DNA of 53,256 nucleotides from a bacterium UBP8_UBA817 (GTDB lineage Bacteria; Margulisbacteria; Marinamargulisbacteria; UBA817): NCBI GenBank assembly GCA_002296285.1, contig DBHX01000049.1, positions 1 to 53,256 of the forward strand, read 5' to 3'. Shown piece by piece: positions 39,777 to 49,761 of this stretch (position 1 is its first letter; each line of letters starts with the position of its first letter). The notes under the pieces were generated by a model. It saw only the letters and a program-made list of their open reading frames with translations, ran no database searches and was not told where the DNA came from. The position numbers and the translations under genes were made by a program.

Positions 39777-41107
39777 AACTTTACAATACCCTCACTAAAT
39801 CGGTTGCCCCTTTTGAACCCATCGACGCCCCAAATGTGTCCATGTATGTGTGCGGTGTTACGGTGTATGATTATTGCCATATGGGCCATGCCCGTGCTTA
39901 CGTTGCGTTTGATCTATTAAAACGTGTATTGACTCATGCTGGATATACAGTTCATCATGTTCAAAACTTCACTGATATTGATGACAAAATTATTGAACGG
40001 GCCAATCAAAACAATGAAAATGTATCCGCGCTTACTGAACGATTCATTGCGGCTTACTTTGACGATATGAAATCGCTGAATATTTTGGATGCCAATCACT
40101 ACCCCAAAGCGACCGAACATATTGATTCGATGATTCAGTTAATTTCATCACTCATTGATAACGGGTCCGCTTATAACATTAATGGCAGTGTGTATTTTCG
40201 TATTGATTCATGCTCCAGCTATGGTGAACTATCTAAAAAAGATGTAAATGATCTGCAAAGTGGGGCCAGGGTTCAAGTGGAGGATCAAAAAGAATCCTCC
40301 CTTGATTTTGTGCTATGGAAACCATCAAAAGACAATGAACCCCGCTGGGAGTCTCCATGGGGGCCCGGTCGCCCGGGTTGGCACACCGAATGCGTGGCCA
40401 TGGTCGAACAGTTAATGGGGCCACATATTGATATTCATGGTGGGGGCGCCGATTTGCAATTTCCGCATCATGAAAATGAACTGGCTCAAGCCAAGTGTGC
40501 TTATCATACCCCATTTGCTAATGTGTGGGTGCATAATGGGTTTGTTAATGTGAACAACGAAAAAATGTCCAAATCATTGGGCAACTTTTTTACACTTCGA
40601 GATGTGTTAAAAAAATACGATGCCGATGTCCTGAGGTTTTTCTTAATGCGCACCCATTACCGAGCACCGCTCAATTATTCAACCGAAACCTTGGAAGATG
40701 CTAAATCAGCCTATCAAAAGCTAACATCCATTTTTGATATTGTCCCCGATGCCCCAATTCCTCCCCATCTTGAATCCATGTTTAATGAAAAAAAAGAGTT
40801 GTTTTGGAAAGCCTTAATGAATGACTTAAACATTTCAGAGGCTTTAGCGCAATTGTTTGAATTGCATGGCATGATTCATGAGCATCAATGTGGCATCAAG
40901 CTTTTGAAAGAATTGGGCGGGTCCATTGGTTTATTTTATAAAGATAAATCAGACATTCCCCAAGATATTCAGTCCATGGCCCAAGCCCGTTGGGATGCGA
41001 AGAAAGCCAAGGACTTTCAATCTGCGGATGCCCTTCGATCCGACATTGAAGCGGCTGGTTATTTGGTGGAAGACACCCCAGAGGGTTTCCGGGTTCGCGC
41101 TCAATAA
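39773..41107 (+). CDS. cysS: Cysteine--tRNA ligase
   Basis: YVCGVTVYD..HMGH, NFTDIDDKII, GRPGWH, FPHHENE, KMSKSLGN. Confidence 0.98.
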   Translation: MKLYNTLTKSVAPFEPIDAPNVSMYVCGVTVYDYCHMGHARAYVAFDLLKRVLTHAGYTVHHVQNFTDIDDKIIERANQNNENVSALTERFIAAYFDDMKSLNILDANHYPKATEHIDSMIQLISSLIDNGSAYNINGSVYFRIDSCSSYGELSKKDVNDLQSGARVQVEDQKESSLDFVLWKPSKDNEPRWESPWGPGRPGWHTECVAMVEQLMGPHIDIHGGGADLQFPHHENELAQAKCAYHTPFANVWVHNGFVNVNNEKMSKSLGNFFTLRDVLKKYDADVLRFFLMRTHYRAPLNYSTETLEDAKSAYQKLTSIFDIVPDAPIPPHLESMFNEKKELFWKALMNDLNISEALAQLFELHGMIHEHQCGIKLLKELGGSIGLFYKDKSDIPQDIQSMAQARWDAKKAKDFQSADALRSDIEAAGYLVEDTPEGFRVRAQ

Positions 41108-41126
41108 AAATCAACTCACTTTACAC

Positions 41127-41154
41127 TTAAGTTTTTTCAACTTTTCATCGATAA
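41127..41154 (+). promoter_or_regulatory. sigma-28-like promoter upstream of the NDH-2 fusion
   Basis: TTAAGTTT-N12-ATCGATAA, 7 nt before ATG at 41162; same layout as the site at 1731-1758. Confidence 0.45.
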
Positions 41155-41161
41155 GTCACCC

Positions 41162-43624
41162 ATGACTAAAGTTTTAATTTTAGGTGGTGGGTTTTCTGGG
41201 GTCGGGGTTGCCCAACAACTTGAAAAATTTATCACCAAAAAAAACAACCTTGAAATTGCCATGGTCAGCGATAATAATTACTTCATGTTTCAACCCATGT
41301 TGCCAGGGGTTGCGGCTGGAACCATTGAAGCAAGCCACATTGTAAACCCCATTCGTCGTTTATGTAAAAAAATATCGTTCCACCGGGCCAGTGTGGATGA
41401 AATTGATATTGAAAATAAAAAAGTTAAAATTGTTGAAAAAGACATTACCCGCCAACACTGGTTGGAATTTGATCATTTGGTGATTGCCATGGGCCTTTCC
41501 ACCGATATGACGCGTGTTCCCGGCATGAGTGAACATTCCCTCCCCATGCGAACCTTGGGTGATGCCATTTTTTTACGAAATGAAATCATTAATAAACTGG
41601 AAATGGCATCCGTAGAAACAAATCCTGATGTTAAAAAACGGTTGCTATCTTTTGTGTTTGTTGGTGGGGGATTTAGTGGTGTTGAAACCATGGGAGAAGT
41701 GGGCGACATGATTAAAAGCGCACTGAAAAATTACCCTTCCATTCAAAAAGATGATGTCCGGTTGGTATTGATTCACTCTCGGGAACGTATTCTGTTGGAA
41801 TTGGGTGAAAAAATTGCCTTGTTTGCACAAAAAAAGTTACTTCAACGAGGCATGGAGCTGCGCTTAAATTCACGGGTTCAAGAAGTATCTCCAGAAGAAG
41901 TCATTTTATCCAACGATGAAGTGATACCATCACGAACCGTTGTCTGCACCACAGGAAATGCCCCGCATAAAGTATTAACTACTTTGGATTTCATTAATGA
42001 TCGTGGGCGCTTGGATACCGATGAACATTTTCGAGTGGTTGTAAAAGATGCGTCTGGGAAAGTCACCAAAACATTTGATCATATCTGGGCCCTAGGAGAT
42101 TGTGCATTAACCCCAAACTTAAAGGAAATCAAACAGAACCCCGAGGCAACATGCCCCCCAACGGCTCAATTTGCCGTGCGCATGGCCCCAGTTTTAGCTA
42201 GAAATATTCACGCGACAATGACTAGAAAAAAATTAAAATCATTTGCATTTAAAGAACTCGGTCAAATGGCCGTAATTGGGCATTTATGTGGCATTGCCGA
42301 GGTGGTTGGAATACGGTTTAGCGGCGTTCTCGCATTTTTTATGTGGCGGGCCATTTATTGGGCCAAACTACCTGGCATTTATTGCAAGTTTCGAGTTTTA
42401 TTTGATTGGATTATTCATGCCTTTTTTCCTGTCGATATTACCCAATTGGATGTGTATCGCACAGAAAAAGTGGATCGATCACACTATCAAAAAGGCAGCT
42501 TTGTATTTAAAGAAGGTGATATTGCCGACTATTTCTATGTTATTGAAGAAGGTCAAGTTGAAATCGTTAAACACAATCCAGATGGCACCGATACCATCTT
42601 AGCTGTTTTAAAGGAAGGCGACAGTTTTGGCGAAATGGGACTCATGCAAAAAGCCCCTCGCTCGGCATCCGTTCGTTGCATCACACCCGTTGGATTATTG
42701 AAGGTAAGTCGTGAAGATTTTAAGGCACTAACAGGGTCTTATTCCTCGCTGCGTGATCAATTGGAAACACGGGTTAGTGAAATCAAAGAAAGCAATGCTG
42801 AGCATGTCGGGGTTGTTGATGAAATGTTGGACCCTTTGGCCTCGGAATCCGAAAAAGATTCTGAAAATAGTGCCTCCAAGACCGACCATACACCCACCGA
42901 TGTTTCCAATGAGCAAACAATGGAAGATCCCCCCCCCAGTTTTTCTGAAGCCTTTGAGAACGAGCTTAAACAAGAATCCCAAGAAGCATTGGAAAAAATT
43001 GAGCAAGAACTTGAAAAAAAATTATACAAAGAACCGTCCAATCCATTGTATTTAAAGCAATATGCTGAACTTCAAAACCATCTTGGCTATATTGAAAACT
43101 CACTCACACTGTATTACCAATACCTTGCCATGAGTCCAAATGATCCTGCGGTAATGGCCAGAGTCGGCGACATGCATCGTCGGTTAAATCAGTTTGATAA
43201 GTGCATTGATATTTTAAAGAAAGCCTACATTCTTGACCCACATAACCAATTTATTATTTCCAATCTTGCGAGTGCTTATCGCTCTAAAAAGCAATACAAA
43301 AAAGCGGAAGAACTTCTGAGAAAGGGGTTAAAATTTAATCCTGAAAACTCAAATATCTTAATTTTACTCGCCCAATGCCACAATAAACAAAATGAACCTG
43401 AAAAAGGGGAAGAAACGATACGAAAACAATTATTTATAACCCCCAATCATGTCCCATCACTCATTGTGCTCACAGAGTCCCTACTCCTGCAATCTCGTCA
43501 TATTGATGCGGAAGCCTTTTTGAATCAAGCCGATCAATTGGATACAGAAAAAAAACACAAACGAACCATCAATAAATTACGTCACATTATTCAAAAAAGT
43601 TACAATCAGAATTTGATCATTTAA
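41162..43624 (+). CDS. Type II NADH dehydrogenase-like flavoprotein fused to a cNMP-binding domain and TPR repeats
   Basis: ILGGGFSG, FQPML, VGGGFSGVE, WALGDCA, PPTAQFA; cNMP domain VFKEGD..FYVIEEGQV..FGEMGL..PRSASV; acidic linker; TPR-like helices ending in SPN/DPH/NPEN. Confidence 0.9.
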   Translation: MTKVLILGGGFSGVGVAQQLEKFITKKNNLEIAMVSDNNYFMFQPMLPGVAAGTIEASHIVNPIRRLCKKISFHRASVDEIDIENKKVKIVEKDITRQHWLEFDHLVIAMGLSTDMTRVPGMSEHSLPMRTLGDAIFLRNEIINKLEMASVETNPDVKKRLLSFVFVGGGFSGVETMGEVGDMIKSALKNYPSIQKDDVRLVLIHSRERILLELGEKIALFAQKKLLQRGMELRLNSRVQEVSPEEVILSNDEVIPSRTVVCTTGNAPHKVLTTLDFINDRGRLDTDEHFRVVVKDASGKVTKTFDHIWALGDCALTPNLKEIKQNPEATCPPTAQFAVRMAPVLARNIHATMTRKKLKSFAFKELGQMAVIGHLCGIAEVVGIRFSGVLAFFMWRAIYWAKLPGIYCKFRVLFDWIIHAFFPVDITQLDVYRTEKVDRSHYQKGSFVFKEGDIADYFYVIEEGQVEIVKHNPDGTDTILAVLKEGDSFGEMGLMQKAPRSASVRCITPVGLLKVSREDFKALTGSYSSLRDQLETRVSEIKESNAEHVGVVDEMLDPLASESEKDSENSASKTDHTPTDVSNEQTMEDPPPSFSEAFENELKQESQEALEKIEQELEKKLYKEPSNPLYLKQYAELQNHLGYIENSLTLYYQYLAMSPNDPAVMARVGDMHRRLNQFDKCIDILKKAYILDPHNQFIISNLASAYRSKKQYKKAEELLRKGLKFNPENSNILILLAQCHNKQNEPEKGEETIRKQLFITPNHVPSLIVLTESLLLQSRHIDAEAFLNQADQLDTEKKHKRTINKLRHIIQKSYNQNLII

Positions 43625-43780
43625 CCTTGATCAATGATTCCCGCCCCCTAGTTATGGAACATTTGACTCATTTTTTATCTTCTCATTCATAATTATCGCC
43701 AATATTTAGCATCTTTATTCTAATTTATGACATTTTTATATGTCTTGGTCATTACTGATTAAAACTTCGTTACGAACTCA

Positions 43781-43809
43781 TTGACAAGTTTTGGGTGAAT
43801 TCATATACT
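43781..43809 (+). promoter_or_regulatory. sigma-70 promoter of the rpmF-plsX-fab operon
   Basis: TTGACA-N17-TATACT followed by AAGGAG RBS before ATG at 43845. Confidence 0.75.
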
Positions 43810-43844
43810 TAATTAACAATTATTATTAGAAGGAGTCTATTCGA

Positions 43845-44045
43845 ATGGCAGTCCCAAAGAAAAGACGTTCAAAATCAAGAAAACGTACACATCGATCATT
43901 ATGGAAAATTTCTATACCCACCATGGTTAAATGTCCCCAATGTGGGGAATTAAGTGTTGCTCACAGAGCTTGCACATCATGCGGTTATTATAAGGGTGTT
44001 CCAGTTATCCAAATCAAACAAAAAGTAGAGAAAAAAGAAGGATAA
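43845..44045 (+). CDS. rpmF: 50S ribosomal protein L32 (zinc-ribbon form)
   Basis: MAVPKKRRSK, CPQCG..HRACTSCGYYKG. Confidence 0.97.
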   Translation: MAVPKKRRSKSRKRTHRSLWKISIPTMVKCPQCGELSVAHRACTSCGYYKGVPVIQIKQKVEKKEG

Positions 44046-44051
44046 ATTCCT

Positions 44052-45050
44052 TTGATTAAAATCGTTCTCGATGCCATGGGTGGAGACAATGCCCCTGCCG
44101 AAATTATTAATGGTGCTTTATATGCTGTTAATCATTTTGATGTGGCCATAATTCTGGTTGGTGACGAATATATTATTCGCACATTTAATGTCGATCACCC
44201 CAATATTTCGATCATTCATGCTAGTCAATCCATTGATATGGATGAATCACCATTGCAAGCATTTAAAAAGAAAAAAGACTCTTCCATTCATGTTGGCCTA
44301 ACATTGGTAAAAGAAGGTAAGGCCGATGCATTTCTATCGGCTGGCAATACAGGTGCCGTTATGTCATGTTCATTATTTATACTTGGAAGAATTCCTGGTG
44401 TTGACCGCCCAGCATTGGCTTCTGTGATTCCCACAAAAAAAGGGCGTGCACTAATGCTTGATATGGGCTCTAATGTAGATAGCAAGCCCATTCACTTGGA
44501 GCAATACGCCATGATGGGGCACTTTTTTTCATCCCAAGTATTGCACGTTGATCAACCAAAAGTTGGGTTAATTAATATTGGGGAAGAAGAAGAAAAAGGC
44601 AATCAGTTAACTCAAGAAACCTATGAGAGTTTAAAGGGGAACACGGCCATTAATTTTATTGGAAATTTGGAAGGCAAAGATATTTTATACCACAAAGCCG
44701 ATGTTATTGTGTGTGATGGTTTTGTTGGAAACACACTATTAAAGTTTGGTGAAGGTTTGGTTGATTTTATTATGAGTGAAATCAAAAATGGCATTTTAAG
44801 TTCATCCCCGCTGGCCAAGCTTGGGGGCGTTTTACTAAAGCCTGTTTTTAAATCCATTAAAAAACGAATTGATTATGAGGAATATGGCGGAGCCCCCCTT
44901 CTTGGGGTCAATGGGGTTTCTTTGGTTGCGCATGGAAAATCAAAACAAAAAGCCATTGTAAGCGCCATTCGAACGGCCATTGAATCGGTTGAAAGCAATA
45001 TGATTGATAAAATTTCCACCGCTTTTCAGCGAGAATATGCCAATCAATAA
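44052..45050 (+). CDS. plsX: Phosphate acyltransferase
   Basis: DAMGGDNAP, SAGNTGA, RPAL, NIGEEEEKG, CDGFVGN, GGAPLLG. Confidence 0.97.
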   Translation: MIKIVLDAMGGDNAPAEIINGALYAVNHFDVAIILVGDEYIIRTFNVDHPNISIIHASQSIDMDESPLQAFKKKKDSSIHVGLTLVKEGKADAFLSAGNTGAVMSCSLFILGRIPGVDRPALASVIPTKKGRALMLDMGSNVDSKPIHLEQYAMMGHFFSSQVLHVDQPKVGLINIGEEEEKGNQLTQETYESLKGNTAINFIGNLEGKDILYHKADVIVCDGFVGNTLLKFGEGLVDFIMSEIKNGILSSSPLAKLGGVLLKPVFKSIKKRIDYEEYGGAPLLGVNGVSLVAHGKSKQKAIVSAIRTAIESVESNMIDKISTAFQREYANQ

Positions 45051-46029
45051 TCCCATCGGAATTCTATCGGTTGGGCATTATTTGCCAGACACCATCATTG
45101 ATAACCACCATTTTGTGGATCGCGGAATGGATACCAGTTCTGAATGGATCGAAACCAGAAGTGGGATTAAAACCCGTCATATTGTTTCTGAGAATCAGTC
45201 CACCAGTGATTTGGCGGCATTGGCAGGGACATCGGCAATCAATCATGGGGCAGTGGATGCCTCCGTCCTTGATTTCATTATTGTGGCTACGGCCACCCCT
45301 GATCATCAGGGATTTCCGTCAACAGCTTGTTTGGTTCAAGAAAAACTGGGATTAACAAATATTGAATGCTTTGATGTTACCGCAGCATGCAGTGGGTTTG
45401 CCTATGCATTAAGTATCGCATATGCAAAAATTACGGCAGGGATTGGGTCTCATGGATTGGTTATTGGGGCTGAAACCTTAAGTCGATTGGTGGATTGGTC
45501 TGATCGGCGCAGCGCTATTTTATTTGGGGATGGGGCTGGGGCTGCCATTGTTGGACCGGTGGAAACCGGTGGGTTTTTGGGATTTGACCAAGGAGCTTCA
45601 GGTCATGCGGCTGGCATTTTAAGCTGCATCCATCAATCCAATACTGAACGTTTTAATGGCACCCATCAAACCGATCATATTCCAATCATTCATATGGATG
45701 GCCAAGCTGTTTTTAAACAAGGTGTTCAAGTGGTTGTCGAATCGTTAAATCAGCTATTTTCCAAGCAATCGATTCACGCCAGTGATGTGGATTATGTGAT
45801 TTGTCATCAAGCCAATATTCGTATTTTAGAATCTGTTTCAAAAAAAATTGGGGTTCCTTTTGAAAAGTTTTTAACAAATATTGATCGCGTTGGTAACACA
45901 TCGGCGGCATCCATCCCATTGGTGCTTTCGCAATATCATCACGATCAGTTTTCTAAAGGAGATATTATTTGTTTGGTCGGTTTTGGGGCTGGGTTTACTT
46001 GGTCCAGTATTTTGTTAGAATGGAGTTAA
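45037..46029 (+). CDS. fabH: Beta-ketoacyl-ACP synthase III
   Basis: DTSSEWIETRSGI, AACSGF, FGDGAGA, HQANIRI, GNTSAAS, GFGAGFTW. Confidence 0.96.
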   Translation: MPINNPIGILSVGHYLPDTIIDNHHFVDRGMDTSSEWIETRSGIKTRHIVSENQSTSDLAALAGTSAINHGAVDASVLDFIIVATATPDHQGFPSTACLVQEKLGLTNIECFDVTAACSGFAYALSIAYAKITAGIGSHGLVIGAETLSRLVDWSDRRSAILFGDGAGAAIVGPVETGGFLGFDQGASGHAAGILSCIHQSNTERFNGTHQTDHIPIIHMDGQAVFKQGVQVVVESLNQLFSKQSIHASDVDYVICHQANIRILESVSKKIGVPFEKFLTNIDRVGNTSAASIPLVLSQYHHDQFSKGDIICLVGFGAGFTWSSILLEWS

Positions 46030-46033
46030 TATT

Positions 46034-46948
46034 ATGTCAAACATTGCGATAGTTTTTTCAGGGCAAGGATCTCAATTTGTTGGGATGGGTTCTGATTTTT
46101 ATGAAAACGATGAGGTCTCAAAATCATTATTTAATCGGGCCAATGATGTTTTGGGGTATTCATTGTCTGATATTTGTTTTAGTGGCCCTGAGGAAACACT
46201 TAATTTAACACAGCATACTCAGGTCGCGATTTTTGTACTAAGTGCATGTATTTTTGAACGATTTAAGAACGTGCTAACAGCCGCATATGCTGGCCATAGC
46301 TTGGGAGAGATTACCGCATATTATGCGGCAGGAGTGTTGGATTTTGAATCTGCACTTCAAGTGGTCATTAAGCGTGGAGAGTTAATGGGTGCTGCCGCCA
46401 AACAAACGAATGGAAAGATGTCCGCCATACTTGGTTTATCGCAAGAAAATGTGATTGACTCCATTGCCAATATTCACGGTGTAGACATTGCAAATTATAA
46501 TTCTCCGGCTCAATTTGTTATTTCTGGGTCTGCCGATTCGGTGGATCAAGCCAATGACGCATTGCGTGATGCGGGTGCTAAACGTGTGGTTGAGTTGCCG
46601 GTTTCAGGGGCATTTCATTCCCCTCTGATGGAAAGTGCGGTAGCGCCATTCCAAACGTATTTATCGGAATTCACTTTTAATGATGCGTCCATTCCCATCG
46701 TCTTAAATCGTTTGGCACAACCAGAAACCAATGGTCAAAAATTACAAGAAAATCTATCGCATCAAATTCAATCGTCTGTTCGATGGATTGAGACTGTTCA
46801 ATTATTGTCAGATACCTGTCATCGATTCATAGAAGTCGGGCCAGGGAAAGTGTTATCTGGTTTAATTAAAAAAATTAATCGGGAACTTAATGTACAACCA
46901 ACATCCTCATTGGAATCTGTGGATGATATTTTAAAAGTGGAGGCTTAA
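46034..46948 (+). CDS. fabD: Malonyl-CoA:ACP transacylase
   Basis: GQGSQ, GHSLGE, SGAFHSPLM, EVGPGKVL. Confidence 0.97.
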   Translation: MSNIAIVFSGQGSQFVGMGSDFYENDEVSKSLFNRANDVLGYSLSDICFSGPEETLNLTQHTQVAIFVLSACIFERFKNVLTAAYAGHSLGEITAYYAAGVLDFESALQVVIKRGELMGAAAKQTNGKMSAILGLSQENVIDSIANIHGVDIANYNSPAQFVISGSADSVDQANDALRDAGAKRVVELPVSGAFHSPLMESAVAPFQTYLSEFTFNDASIPIVLNRLAQPETNGQKLQENLSHQIQSSVRWIETVQLLSDTCHRFIEVGPGKVLSGLIKKINRELNVQPTSSLESVDDILKVEA

Positions 46949-47692
46949 ATGAACTTTAAAGACAAAACCGTTGTGATTACAGGCGCCAGTCGAGGGATTG
47001 GTCGATCGATTGCTGAAAGTTTTGCAAAAGAGGGGGCAAATGTTGCTCTTTGCTCAACCAATGATGCAAAAGCCAAAGCAATTGCCAAAGAAATAGCAAC
47101 TCAATATGGGGTTCAAGCGTTTGGAAAAGGCGTGGACATTAGAGCATTTGACTCAGTGTCAGAATTTATTAAAGATATTGTTGATGAATTTGGGAAAATT
47201 GATATCTTAGTCAATAATGCCGGCATTACTAAAGACAATTTGCTATTGCGTTTGGATGAAACGGATTGGAATGATGTCATTGAAACCAATCTTAACTCAA
47301 TTTTCAATACGACAAAATCAGTCATAAAATTTATGCTAAAGAAAAAATATGGTCGAATCATCAATATATCTTCAGTTGTTGGCTTAATGGGAAACCCTGG
47401 TCAGTCTAATTATGCGGCATCAAAGGCTGGAATGGTTGCTTTTAGCAAGTCCATTGCCAGAGAATATGGGAAGAAAAACATTACAATTAATGCGGTCGCC
47501 CCTGGATTTATACAAACAGATATGATTGAAACTTTACCAAAGGAATACTTAGATAATATAATAGATAATATTCCAATGGTACGACTTGGAATGCCAGAAG
47601 ATGTTTCACGTGCCGTTATGTTTCTAGCATCGGATGATGCCAGCTACATTACAGGTCAAGTGTTGAGTATCGATGGCGGTTTATACATGTAA
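46949..47692 (+). CDS. fabG: 3-oxoacyl-ACP reductase
   Basis: TGASRGIG, NNAGITKD, NYAASKAG, PGFIQTDM. Confidence 0.97.
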   Translation: MNFKDKTVVITGASRGIGRSIAESFAKEGANVALCSTNDAKAKAIAKEIATQYGVQAFGKGVDIRAFDSVSEFIKDIVDEFGKIDILVNNAGITKDNLLLRLDETDWNDVIETNLNSIFNTTKSVIKFMLKKKYGRIINISSVVGLMGNPGQSNYAASKAGMVAFSKSIAREYGKKNITINAVAPGFIQTDMIETLPKEYLDNIIDNIPMVRLGMPEDVSRAVMFLASDDASYITGQVLSIDGGLYM

Positions 47693-47710
47693 AAAAATTA
47701 GGAGGAAAAA

Positions 47711-47959
47711 ATGTCAATTACAAAAGAAGAAGTATATAAAAAAGTTAAGGCCGTTGTTGTAGAACAGCTTGGTGTTAGTGAAGATGAAGTTATAGAAGAG
47801 GCATCTTACACTGAAGATTTAGGTGCAGATTCATTGGATACTGTAGAGTTAGTCATGGCACTTGAAGAAGAATTCTCAACTGAAATTGCTGACGATGAAG
47901 CTGAGAAATTAACCACTGTTGGTAAAACCGTGGATTACGTTTTAAATTCTTTAAACTAA
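47711..47959 (+). CDS. acpP: Acyl carrier protein
   Basis: [20 protein letters not shown]; AGGAGG RBS. Confidence 0.98.
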   Translation: MSITKEEVYKKVKAVVVEQLGVSEDEVIEEASYTEDLGADSLDTVELVMALEEEFSTEIADDEAEKLTTVGKTVDYVLNSLN

Positions 47960-47963
47960 TTTC

Positions 47964-49202
47964 ATGTCAAATCGTGTTGTTATCACCGGGGTTGGTACCA
48001 TCAACCCCCTAGGAAATAATGTTTCAGATTATATCAATGGCATCAAAAATGGAGACTGTGGAATCGACCATATATCATTTTTTGATACAGAAGGGTATTC
48101 AAGCCGAATCGCTGCAGAGGTTAAAGCCCCTGATTTTAGCGATGTTTTGGACCCAAAAGAAATCCGACGAACCAGTCGGTTTATTATTTTCGCCTTAAAA
48201 GCAGCGGTGGAAGCCGTACGACATTCAGGACTTGAAATTAATGAGACCAATGCCAATGACATTGGTGTTGAAATTGGATCTGGCATTGGTGGTATTGAAA
48301 TTCTTGAGCAAACAACACGAACATTGATTAATAAAGGGCCAAGCAAGGTCAGCCCTTTCACTGTGCCCATGATGATCATTGATATGGCATCGGGTATGGT
48401 ATCCATTAAAACAGGTGCCAAAGGGCCAAATTCATCATCCGTTACGGCATGTGCGTCATCCACACATTCCATTGGTAATGCATTCCGTCTCATTCAACGA
48501 GGCGATGCCAAGGCCATGATTGCTGGCGGCGCGGAAGCTTGCATTACACCCGTTGGCGTATCTAGTTTTTGTGCTGCAAGATCGTTATCTCCAAATGAAG
48601 ATCCAAAAACTGCGTGTCGACCATTTGATGCCAACCGAGACGGGTTTGTTATGGGTGAAGGTGCGGGCATACTCGTATTGGAATCGCTCGACCATGCCAA
48701 AGCAAGAGGAGCCAATATTCTAGGTGAAATCATTGGGTTTGGTTCATCTGGTGATGCCTATCACATTACGGCACCTGCGGAAGAGGGGGAAGGCGCACAA
48801 CGTGCCATTAAAATGGCGTTAAATGATGCAAAGATAAACGCAACCGATATTGGTTACATTAACGCTCATGGGACTTCCACAAAATTAAACGATAAAAATG
48901 AAAGTTTTGCGATTAAATCAACATTGGGAGATCATGCCTACAATATAAATATTAGTTCAACCAAATCAATGACGGGTCATTTACTGGGTGCAGCCGGAGC
49001 CATTGAATTGATTGCTACGGTTGATGCAATGAATAATGATTATATTCCTCCAACCATTAATTATCATTCAAAAGATGACGATTGTGATTTAAATTACACA
49101 CCAAATACCACTATTGACGCATCATTTGATGTGGCCATGTCAAATTCATTTGGGTTTGGTGGGCACAACGCCGTTATTGTTGTTAAAAAGTTTGCCGGGT
49201 AA
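47964..49202 (+). CDS. fabF: Beta-ketoacyl-ACP synthase II
   Basis: TACASS, RDGFVMGEGAG, NAHGTST, KSMTGHLLGAAG, SNSFGFGGHN. Confidence 0.97.
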   Translation: MSNRVVITGVGTINPLGNNVSDYINGIKNGDCGIDHISFFDTEGYSSRIAAEVKAPDFSDVLDPKEIRRTSRFIIFALKAAVEAVRHSGLEINETNANDIGVEIGSGIGGIEILEQTTRTLINKGPSKVSPFTVPMMIIDMASGMVSIKTGAKGPNSSSVTACASSTHSIGNAFRLIQRGDAKAMIAGGAEACITPVGVSSFCAARSLSPNEDPKTACRPFDANRDGFVMGEGAGILVLESLDHAKARGANILGEIIGFGSSGDAYHITAPAEEGEGAQRAIKMALNDAKINATDIGYINAHGTSTKLNDKNESFAIKSTLGDHAYNINISSTKSMTGHLLGAAGAIELIATVDAMNNDYIPPTINYHSKDDDCDLNYTPNTTIDASFDVAMSNSFGFGGHNAVIVVKKFAG

Positions 49203-49761
49203 TACGGCTGGCATAGATGAAGCTGGACGGGGGGCATTGGCAGGACCAGTGGTTGCCTGTTGTGTGGTTTTTAAAGAATCATTTTCATTTCATGGTGATA
49301 TCAATGATTCTAAAAGATTGTCGCCCAAAAAAAGAAACCAATTATTCAATGATATCATTCCCCATATTCACTTAGGCATTGGCATGGCCACCCATCGATT
49401 AATTAATAAAAAAAATATTTTAAATGCCACGCTGATGGCCATGAAAACAGCCATCCGACGATTCCCTGCATCGATTGGCCATGCCATCATTGATGGAAAT
49501 ACAGCCCCTAAACTAACGATTTCATATGAAACCATGGTCAAAGCGGATGCTAAGATCCCAGAGGTCATGATGGCCTCTATTTGTGCGAAAGTCATTCGAG
49601 ACCGTTTAATGCATAAATACCATCGCATTTATACTGGCTATGGGTTTGACGGTCATAAAGGGTATGGAACCAAGAAACACTATAATGCCTTGTTTGATTT
49701 GGGGCACTGCCCCATCCATCGCACATCCTTTAATTTAACAAAGCAGCTGACCTTGTTTTAG
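49192..49761 (+). CDS. rnhB: Ribonuclease HII
   Basis: GIDEAGRGALAGPV, DSK, IDG, ASICAKVIRD, HKGYGT, PIHR; start probably TTG at 49192. Confidence 0.95.
   Translation: MPGNTAGIDEAGRGALAGPVVACCVVFKESFSFHGDINDSKRLSPKKRNQLFNDIIPHIHLGIGMATHRLINKKNILNATLMAMKTAIRRFPASIGHAIIDGNTAPKLTISYETMVKADAKIPEVMMASICAKVIRDRLMHKYHRIYTGYGFDGHKGYGTKKHYNALFDLGHCPIHRTSFNLTKQLTLF

Noticed and set aside
43625-43780. Possible replication origin/terminus suggested by an apparent change from C-rich to G/T-rich plus-strand genes near 44 kb
   Set aside because: Only an impression by eye; no dif site or DnaA-box cluster found; could reflect expression-related codon bias. A cumulative GC-skew plot is needed.
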